IMG/VR virus record: IMGVR_UViG_3300045988_162372
Length of the DNA: 64,000 nt
Source of the DNA: a virus
Strand: one strand, 5' to 3'
Shown in pieces: positions 55,501-61,229 of the stretch. The notes below the pieces were generated by a model, which saw nothing but the letters and a program-made list of their open reading frames with translations, had not been told where the DNA came from and searched no databases. Within the stretch, counting starts at the first letter, position 1, and each line of letters starts with the position of its first letter. A program made the position numbers and the translations under genes.

Positions 55501-55874
55501 CTTTCAACACCAATTCCTTCAACAATTTTCTTCCCCTTAACATCTTCATAGACAATATCAGTGTAGTATGTTGAAAGATATGAATTTCCATCCTTATCTT
55601 TAACACCACCCTCCATAAATGACTGCCATTTAGAATCACCCCTATTCCATGCACCCCAAGAAATGCTTATTGCATTTTGGTTATTAGCTGAATTACTACC
55701 AGTCGTTTCGTTTTTATTAAAACGACTCACAATTTCTGCAATAAGATTAAATCCTATGCAATAATCTTCATAATTTGGAGTTAAAGGAACACCATTTATA
55801 CTTCCATATATATCATTTGGTTCTACATACGCTATTCTGTTAGCTACTTTCTTTGCTTTTGTTTCCTCAGCCAT
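49524..55874 (-). CDS. Giant virion protein, 2116 aa, with a C-terminal peptidoglycan-peptidase-like domain. It is a candidate tail hub or ejection protein.
   Basis: A LAS/M15-type pattern is present: ISSAVRNSGSRSEHNYARGGIAPNAIDL ... YTCLHLSY (about nt 50260-50570). A further C-terminal domain starts at KNPGNLQWIGYP (nt 49527-49960). Confidence 0.7.
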   Translation of the reverse strand: MAEETKAKKVANRIAYVEPNDIYGSINGVPLTPNYEDYCIGFNLIAEIVSRFNKNETTGSNSANNQNAISISWGAWNRGDSKWQSFMEGGVKDKDGNSYLSTYYTDIVYEDVKGKKIVEGIGVESVNIVFESFYTPTITIKFVDVRGASLFGKESAIHEEGKISADNVFGCFFIQPYPKFKLQVKGFYGKAVTYQLTCSNFRGSFNSQNGNFEFTATFIGYNYALLTDIPFVYLVAAPFCSYEGRKYWDSHVNTPSWQLDGKPMVKIHELMNTIESHTIERSEETAVNEEDDKKLRDLSGERSALNEISTLYDNFVKALQEDSGGCYILSTQDEGNNKKHTQLFLMYAQANNADTNPSRNVTQNIYRAHEQLITKLNDYNQKYSEHSISTNEFPNGRNSAMRSIDTLTLIRIFDITTDGSTNSNVIEDVKIVGCQSKAEQDIKTNIKFKTSKGITDLTDDMAKSIANMITTKPYSQNIKQYGCFFDLGDLSNLVANRVASLNEEYNLLQDKINKQMMEARIEALPFKPTIGNIFKMIMAHLETFIHIMYQCKMDIYNSDNTRSPGNLGINITDTDVINADKVPPFPAIYTKGTPAQESGNEDTDNYVLGWVGDFSHNFLEEKVVLSIWKAVSRIMDEEKSENDNKTSIKLFPILPADLNSANNPFANTTQLDVSSLSGYLGIRAAQIFGILFNENYTGNLSNEMISLIGRMDAYNYYQALGSSSAIQNEIFDVLGSTNAATALQNITTCDSSADCFGITYQSTGKTRQRFETDIEIKSEYNDKQRCPILTQSSRYSDRYVFSRYYDSNSISLIPAKLDEFDNYSRQFVYRNDGNGNAYFMPQFGSESNMYKAKNFIHRAITDDLLVGEDVSVKENYYNDDLFNISTSRTFVNDVINRYEELKKGSVDMVEYSSKDDFTPILNKCWFVSDDKYYNYFANSTQVFTVNTTSYGFDSKNLFPKEKDGGADPLNLRDTSWIDCDKTNGITYSENGEYKRTKITQGNDGKQTQTVESLSRDDLRIHQIKLYYNNVTNPYSLFGHAFYYMQNNRKAGEDDNTYNDRCVKVKALLFLHSFKYNYENYKANFLNKDKRNGSIEAVPHGYLLFLGALLWRNRYVSKHNGDDPIIYSDGTISFTQPTTAYTLFSKDGSEYRFNVMDSGFNGRKYNVPVSTLFSYNNGENWELDYFVENRLIKMFEDYATGDFRDVLSRCELLEGLVRDLSDTSTAYTRPFTANTFVNTFVKFFRKRMYDDKYSISNMMSYYRNRLGNLYGNYAYVNIYDDTINGISLMLRDDNPIQETLKSLYYDKDIVIDSLGYRLVKNSTNAQREVYVRRDTFNSYVTAFANQLKAMSDNKSSTNPLNETDSDKINFKKNIAIDIYYYLKNLYDKWIVQIKSADYYSVDNFFKKNFVFMDKFYRNMYNKFIINCDVLLDIFKERMSDLNASLFSVIGDIAKEHNCLFVSLADFITFGNEKIEDDVKVLENAFRPIPYNQMNEMRDENHFVIIWTGGDAQTASDENGYKADGFDINSPDDIPSPFKAKGANEDTSDIETRYGYNVPSFGVSFARQNQQLFKNITLNMDSPAITSISANVLSNVAELGSSHEHRVMFYGQDIFNIYKNYSYACEVEMMGNAQIQPLMYFQLLNIPMWHGAYMIFHVEHTMTPGNMITKFRGQKMSKYIQPYCADYYFGCTVKDSIDPMNRSESGSNPYSSNISDITLPDSYKKPTVVEDVINDCICSGNGARLQMNGVNLYQKLKDLFNTLVAEIKELPENKPTETWSICISSAVRNSGSRSEHNYARGGIAPNAIDLQIVPIKNGKRGTRIKDADKMFKVMDILATNHKDEIGQLIFEGTGASKWMDGRYKNDYTCLHLSYRGNSISVGPPAIFLSGNNDGRSFATVKKNVPYYSSNVPPGYKAIAKKYYMSLNNTTQFRNIFTYYRLFSDQELADHFGQIRTATSSESGYVNAEDNATKRRKNPGNLQWIGYPNIKRNSDQWEGVDYGGVEWSPRFAVFKTMTYGLRALFVNMNTQIIRGHNTIAKLIGVWAPSHENDTDNYVKTVARTANVNPSTYRLTSIVADKDVCIAIAKQIAVNEGGIKLTDSELNEAYGLAAEYIKNK

Positions 55875-55912
55875 CTTTCTTCACTTACTTTTTTAATAAA
55901 AAATGCGGTAAT

Positions 55913-55947
55913 GAATACTATCTACCAACTTATAAAGATAAGTATTC
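55913..55947 (-). terminator. Rho-independent terminator after the gene at 55982..56929
   Basis: GAATACTATCT/AGATAAGTATTC forms an 11-bp stem with one bulge. On the minus strand it is followed by ATTACCGCATTTTTTATT. Confidence 0.6.
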
Positions 55948-55981
55948 AAAACCACATTTTCAACGATTGATTTCTTATGTA

Positions 55982-56929
55982 TTATTCAGGCACATATTCA
56001 ATCTTGATTTTTGCATTATTCCTGAAATTTCCTTTACTTATATAATCTACTTGCACAATATTTCCTTTTGTATCGTATTTGTAAGTAATATCATATTTTC
56101 TACGGTTTATATCCATCTGTGTTGCCAAATACTTCTCCCTGATGCCAACCCATTCAGTAAAATATAGAATATTGCAGAGTAAATCATCATTACTTGACAA
56201 ACATATTTCTCTACAATTCAATAGACCATTCAGACAAACGTTTGTGTCATTGATTGAATCTAAATAAAGAAAACTTATCTTAGTTCCATAATATTTTCTA
56301 TTTAAATTTGGTAGACTTTCGTTAAACTCATCTTCTGTGTATAAAGGGGCATATCTTTCTTCCATTTCAGGGGTTAATGAATAATGTATTTTATTCATAG
56401 ACCAACATCCATCTATAAATTTAATATGATTGCCAGTAATGCCTGGGTCATAACACCATACATTATTTTCTATCCATGAAGTATATTTCTGTATTTCCAA
56501 AATTGTATCATTAAAATATATGAAATCATTTGATACTCTATATATCTTTTGTAATTCAGTATATTCAAGTACATCAAAATGTGTCAGCTTAGAGTTTTCT
56601 CCAAACTTGTAATCATACTTATATCTATTATATGGTTTTCCATTCATATATGATTTTTGAATGATACTATTTTCGTTTCTTTCCAAAATATCCTTATATA
56701 CATCAATATACGATGTCCTATCAAGATTATAATGTTTTTCCTTGTAAGTAAAAATAAATTTGCTTAATTTGTTGTCTTTATATATAAACTCTGCGTCAAA
56801 GCAAATATTCCCATTGTTGACTGATAATTTACTCACCATCTTTAAACTATCAGAATTTAACCTCTGAGAGTAAAGATTTACCGATAATAAACACAAAATA
56901 AAAAATAATACTTTCTTCATAACCTTCAT
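55982..56929 (-). CDS. Secreted protein, 315 aa, with a signal peptide and YD-like motifs. It looks like a moron inside the tail module.
   Basis: The N-terminus is MKVMKKVLFFILCLLSVNLYSQ. YD-like motifs are YKYDYKFGEN and ITYKYDTKGNIVQVDY. The gene has its own promoter and terminator. Confidence 0.65.
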   Translation of the reverse strand: MKVMKKVLFFILCLLSVNLYSQRLNSDSLKMVSKLSVNNGNICFDAEFIYKDNKLSKFIFTYKEKHYNLDRTSYIDVYKDILERNENSIIQKSYMNGKPYNRYKYDYKFGENSKLTHFDVLEYTELQKIYRVSNDFIYFNDTILEIQKYTSWIENNVWCYDPGITGNHIKFIDGCWSMNKIHYSLTPEMEERYAPLYTEDEFNESLPNLNRKYYGTKISFLYLDSINDTNVCLNGLLNCREICLSSNDDLLCNILYFTEWVGIREKYLATQMDINRRKYDITYKYDTKGNIVQVDYISKGNFRNNAKIKIEYVPE

Positions 56930-56948
56930 ATATTTTTGTTTAACAGTG

Positions 56949-56956
56949 CAAAGATA
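56949..56956 (-). promoter_or_regulatory. Bacteroidota-type promoter, -7 box TATCTTTG
   Basis: The minus strand reads aaaaTTTG-20 nt-TATCTTTGCACTG. It is 20 nt upstream of ATG 56929. Confidence 0.65.
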
Positions 56957-56999
56957 AGTATTATTCTTTATAATTCCAAATTTTTATAGTTAAAAGAAG

Positions 57000-57317
57000 T
57001 TAAATATTCTCGTTTTTGTATTTTTGAATACCTTCTTCATATCTTGTCTTGGCTGTAGTAAGTGGATACGGTATCCTTAACGGAACTCCGTCAGGTATTG
57101 AGAATTCAATTGAACCATATTGAGGATTTGCTTGCATAATAAGCCATCCATAATTAGGGTCTCCGTAATATTTGTATGACAATGTATCCATTCTCATAGT
57201 TGATTTATTGAAAGTAATGTTTATATCTGTCGCAGATACATCAATTTCAATAAAAGGAACTATACTTATATTACCATCACTTCTAAAACTTTCATATCTA
57301 TCATAATAATCATTCAT
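57000..57317 (-). CDS. LysM-like tail protein (P2 gpX-like)
   Basis: 105 aa. The LysM-like pattern is DTLSYKYYGDPNYGWLIMQANP...IPDGVPLRIP. Confidence 0.55.
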   Translation of the reverse strand: MNDYYDRYESFRSDGNISIVPFIEIDVSATDINITFNKSTMRMDTLSYKYYGDPNYGWLIMQANPQYGSIEFSIPDGVPLRIPYPLTTAKTRYEEGIQKYKNENI

Positions 57318-57319
57318 CT

Positions 57320-60300
57320 TTATATTGTTCTATCATTTATGTTTTTATTATATGCTTGTGTAATATAAAATTCACTCGAATCTTCTTTTATATCATTACC
57401 TAATGCCCCCTGTTCTTTACTATATTCTTTTCCTATGTTGTATTCCATTCTGTCTGACCTGTTATCGAACAGAGAGTTGTTGCTATAGAAATTGAACGTC
57501 ATGGCATTTTGTAATCTTCTTACTGGGCCTGTCATATCACCACCGCCAATAAATTTGAAACTTATTGTAACATTTGCCAATAACGGAATAACACCAGCTC
57601 CACCTTCCGTATTTAAATCCCACATTAATGGTTCGTAATTTATTGAAATATTATCAATAACAATCATTTGATTGTAAAAATCACCCAATCTTAAAACGCA
57701 AAAAGGAGGTCTTCCAAATGCTAAATTAGAAGCTGTGTTGTTTGGTGTCATTGAATTTGTAGTGTCAGAAGCACCTATTGTATTTCCTTGTCTTGTACAT
57801 TGCTGTAAAAATGTCAATCTTGCAGAAAATCCTTCTGGTGTCATTGAGTGAAAGGCGGGGTCAAAATATTGTATCTTATCCATCAATCTATCGAATATGA
57901 TAGGGTCTGTTTGTTTCAATGCCTTGAAAAAATAATATTCTTGGTCATATCTAACAGTATTATTTTCCTGTGACCTTTCTTGTGATTCACTTGTCTGTGT
58001 TTCATTTATACCTACAAGATTGTTATTACTATCAACATCTACCATAACAAGTTCTCCGTAATGAGAGCTATTTTTATCTGTCACTTCTATCCATTTATTA
58101 CCGTTGCTGTCTTCATAATAAGTCTTACCATTGGTGGATGTTTTTGTTTCATAACCTATATATTTTTGATTACTGTTAGATACAGTATTACCACTCCCGT
58201 CTATTGTTGATTGGATTGTTTCAGACTGTTTTACTGTCGTACTATTTTTTAATACAATAGACATTTTTGCAGATCTATATTTCTTTGAATCTTTTTCCGA
58301 AACATCTTGTGTGCTAACTCTTTTTGATGGGTCGGGATTAACAACTTCTTTTGTACCACTTAGACTACTTTTCTTTTCATTATTGAACCAATTAACAACA
58401 GTTTCTATTCTTTGCATTGCAAGTAAATAATTTCTATTTGTATTAACTTGACCACTTGCATTGTTACCATGAGAATTAGAATAACCTATACCATTGATAT
58501 TTGTAATTTCATAATTATCCAATATATCTTTTAAGGTTTCGACTCTTTCTTGTGATACCCCTTTATTGTTGATAAGATAATTTCTAATATCATCCGAATT
58601 AGCAATAGCTGCTGCTACTTCAGCAAATGAATATATATATTCATTGTCTGTTTCATTGAAAATTTCTTTAACAGCATCTGCATTTACATTTAATCCGTAA
58701 TCTTCACTATCTTCATAGTTTGCATTAACCAATAAAGTTTGGTCATAAGTATTTTTATTTACATCCCCCCTACTTGGAACTTCATATTTACCATCAATTC
58801 TATAATACCATCTTTTTGTAGTGCTTGCAGGATATGTCTTTGTATTTTTATTTAACGCAGTTCTCCAAGCCATTCTTGTACCTATAATAGGCCCAGTTCT
58901 ACTATCGCTCCTATCTGTTACATACCCTTGACCCATTTCATAGCCATGACCATTGAAATTATTCATACTTTCATAATTAAATTGTAATGAATAATCTTCA
59001 TAAGGATTTTCATTCTTTTTCTGTGCATTTGAACCACATAATAGATATGCCATTGCCTCTACAGATTCTCCAATAGTATCATATACACCAGAATAATTAT
59101 TAGGGTAGAAAACATAGAATGTTATCTCTTTAATATCCTCTGGTATTTCAGGTTCAACTGGTGGTGGATCTAATTTTACAGGGTCTGCTTTTGTGTAAGT
59201 ATTAGTAAATTCGGGTTCTGTATATTCATCAGTCAAAGGTGTAGGTTTTACCGCATCTTTTATAGTTCCATCATCACATCCTGCAAAGAAACGTAACAAA
59301 TCGCTATCAGATATGCTATTCTCTTTTCCATTTCCCTTTCCACCATGCCATGAAACATAGTCAATTATTGACGGGTGGTCAACTACCATAAGAAAACTTA
59401 AATTTCCACTCCTTATAGTATTCGTATAAGTATAAACATCTTCACCCCTACCTATGAATGTATGGTTAGTCCAATTTGCTTGTGTTGTTTCATTGAATTG
59501 TATTCCATAAGGAGGAAACCACATTATTCTTCCACCCATAGGCCCACGTTGTTCCCAAGATAAAGCTCTTTCAAAACTATATGGATCATAGCCTTTCCAA
59601 GCAAGATTTTCTATTGAGAACATACATTGTTTTGCATGTATCTTCTTGTCTTGTTCAGAATTGAATTTAGGAGCTATGTTTACAAAACCATTGCTGTTCA
59701 ATACAGAATAATCCCATCTTGAATTATCTTTTTTCCAATAAGCGTTTGCTCCTTCACTAAACGAATCCCAATCATTAAAATCTCTTCTACTTTCAACGGA
59801 TACATTTTCATTATCACCTCTTTTACCACTAATCGTGATAAATGGACGTATTAATCTACTAAGTCTATTATATTGATAATGGTGAGTCCATACACGACAA
59901 TAAGGATTATTATATCCATTAACATTATAAAAACCTGTACCACCATCAAATTCAGCTTCTTTAAGAAGAAGATTCCTGCCGTGTGACATTCCATATTGAG
60001 ATTTAGCGTCAGTATCATCTGTTACACCACCTTCTCCATGACTTGTACAGAAACCAGATATAATGGTATTTATCTTGTTTGCATTAAATAGATTTTTAGT
60101 CTTCGATAGAATACTATCCCTATTTACAGCTTGCCATTTATGATTAGAATATCGTCCTTCAAGTCTATTAAGCTCATCTGGGACGAGATTTTGTGTTCGG
60201 GTATATAATTCATTACCGTTGCCATAATCATTGAAAGAAGACGGATTTACATCAGTTTTACGCACATAGTCATCGTATCTATACTGCATATAGTTCTTAA

Positions 60301-60616
60301 CGTAGTCCACATCACTTGTGTAGGATGGATGAACTGAGTTTGTATCCAACATCCTTGAATTACCATAAGGCATAGCATCATTACCGAGCAAATTCATTGT
60401 TGTATCCTTTTCAAGAACATTCAATCTCATCAGACGTTCCATAAATCTACGGTTTTTAAGGTTATTATCACACAACCCCTCTATTGATATGCCCAACATT
60501 GTTTCAAGCAAGTCATCGGTCTTGTTTCTAAACTTAGTTGCAAGATTATCAATTGTTGTCTGCATCGTATTATATATGCTCGTCAATACACTTCTATTGT
60601 TATTTGTACTAGGCAT
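57320..60616 (-). CDS. Large tail/baseplate-hub region protein, 1098 aa, with a possible OmpA/MotB-like peptidoglycan-binding insert
   Basis: The OmpA_C-like pattern is EITFYVFYPNNYSG ... INGIGYSNSHGNNASGQVNTNRNYLLAMQRIETVVNWF (about nt 58382-59128). The segments FPPYGIQFNETTQANWTNHTFIGRGEDVYTY and FGRPPFCVLRLGDF resemble tail-tube-junction proteins (from memory). Confidence 0.55.
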   Translation of the reverse strand: MPSTNNNRSVLTSIYNTMQTTIDNLATKFRNKTDDLLETMLGISIEGLCDNNLKNRRFMERLMRLNVLEKDTTMNLLGNDAMPYGNSRMLDTNSVHPSYTSDVDYVKNYMQYRYDDYVRKTDVNPSSFNDYGNGNELYTRTQNLVPDELNRLEGRYSNHKWQAVNRDSILSKTKNLFNANKINTIISGFCTSHGEGGVTDDTDAKSQYGMSHGRNLLLKEAEFDGGTGFYNVNGYNNPYCRVWTHHYQYNRLSRLIRPFITISGKRGDNENVSVESRRDFNDWDSFSEGANAYWKKDNSRWDYSVLNSNGFVNIAPKFNSEQDKKIHAKQCMFSIENLAWKGYDPYSFERALSWEQRGPMGGRIMWFPPYGIQFNETTQANWTNHTFIGRGEDVYTYTNTIRSGNLSFLMVVDHPSIIDYVSWHGGKGNGKENSISDSDLLRFFAGCDDGTIKDAVKPTPLTDEYTEPEFTNTYTKADPVKLDPPPVEPEIPEDIKEITFYVFYPNNYSGVYDTIGESVEAMAYLLCGSNAQKKNENPYEDYSLQFNYESMNNFNGHGYEMGQGYVTDRSDSRTGPIIGTRMAWRTALNKNTKTYPASTTKRWYYRIDGKYEVPSRGDVNKNTYDQTLLVNANYEDSEDYGLNVNADAVKEIFNETDNEYIYSFAEVAAAIANSDDIRNYLINNKGVSQERVETLKDILDNYEITNINGIGYSNSHGNNASGQVNTNRNYLLAMQRIETVVNWFNNEKKSSLSGTKEVVNPDPSKRVSTQDVSEKDSKKYRSAKMSIVLKNSTTVKQSETIQSTIDGSGNTVSNSNQKYIGYETKTSTNGKTYYEDSNGNKWIEVTDKNSSHYGELVMVDVDSNNNLVGINETQTSESQERSQENNTVRYDQEYYFFKALKQTDPIIFDRLMDKIQYFDPAFHSMTPEGFSARLTFLQQCTRQGNTIGASDTTNSMTPNNTASNLAFGRPPFCVLRLGDFYNQMIVIDNISINYEPLMWDLNTEGGAGVIPLLANVTISFKFIGGGDMTGPVRRLQNAMTFNFYSNNSLFDNRSDRMEYNIGKEYSKEQGALGNDIKEDSSEFYITQAYNKNINDRTI

Positions 60617-60767
60617 TGTTTAATCTTCCTCAACTTTTATGAAATAAATTATATCACCTTTCTCCATAAGTATCTGCAACATTACTTTTTCATATATACG
60701 CAAAAATTGCTTATCAGATTATATGAATATAGTTAAAATCAAAGTGTCATTTCAATTTTTTTCCTCA

Positions 60768-61090
60768 CCAGATATTAATGTTAACAACTAGTCGTAGACA
60801 TTAATATTGTTTTATAATAATATTGTTAACAATAATATAGAATTATTATATTTTATTTTTTATTTTTATATAATAATGTTAACGATATTATTGTCTACAT
60901 TATTGTATTATTGTTTACTCTAATATTGTTAACAATAATAAACTATATATCTATACAATATTATTGTTTATATTATTATATTATACTAGTATACATTAAT
61001 GATGTAAAACAATAATATACTATACTAGTATATAATATTAATGTTTAACAATAATAATGTTAACAACTAGTTGTATACAATAATATCTGG
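60768..61090. repeat. 323-bp noncoding island of extreme AT content, dense in palindromes and iterons, bounded by 25-bp imperfect inverted repeats
   Basis: The terminal repeats are CCAGATATTAATGTTAACAACTAGT (60768-60792) and ACTAGTTGTATACAATAATATCTGG (61066-61090), matching at 22 of 25 positions. GTTAAC occurs 5 times and ACTAGT 4 times. The 20-mer TAATATTGTTAACAATAATA occurs at 60818 and 60921. TATACTAGTATA occurs at 60982 and 61021. The octamer ATTATTGT or its complement ACAATAAT occurs at least 9 times. Confidence 0.85.
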
Positions 61091-61135
61091 AAAAAGCAAA
61101 ATATCAAAGTGCAAAACTGAACACTTGAAAATAAG

Positions 61136-61205
61136 GCGTTCTAAGAGGTTTTCTTATTCAAAGCGATAACTTGTATCCTTTTGAAGAAATAATCGCTCAG
61201 AACGC
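61136..61205 (-). terminator. Nested imperfect inverted repeats downstream of the tape-measure gene. They are terminator-like or form a structured RNA.
   Basis: GCGTTCTAAG at 61136-61145 pairs with CTCAGAACGC at 61196-61205 at 9 of 10 positions. An inner AGCGAT/ATCGCT pair is present. On the minus strand it is followed by CTTATTTTC. It lies 25 nt after the stop at 61230. Confidence 0.45.
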
Positions 61206-61229
61206 ACGAAAACAGTCAAATTTCGTATT

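Noticed and set aside
28653-60616. A crAss-like podovirus with giant virion RNA-polymerase genes
   Set aside because: The giant ORFs and the BACON-like motif first suggested this. However, the gp25-like and Baseplate_J-like wedge proteins, a LysM gpX-like protein, a long tape measure and a T4-type replication set indicate a contractile-tail phage. I saw no RNAP catalytic motifs in the giant ORFs.
60768-61090. A CRISPR array
   Set aside because: The repeats are short (8-20 bp), irregularly spaced, in both orientations and mostly palindromic. There is no repeat-spacer periodicity and no cas genes.
60768-61090. A confident call of the AT island as a MITE
   Set aside because: Terminal inverted repeats exist. 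However, the flanks (ttcctca / aaaaagc) show no target-site duplication, and no second copy is visible in this window. It is kept only as one hypothesis within the finding.
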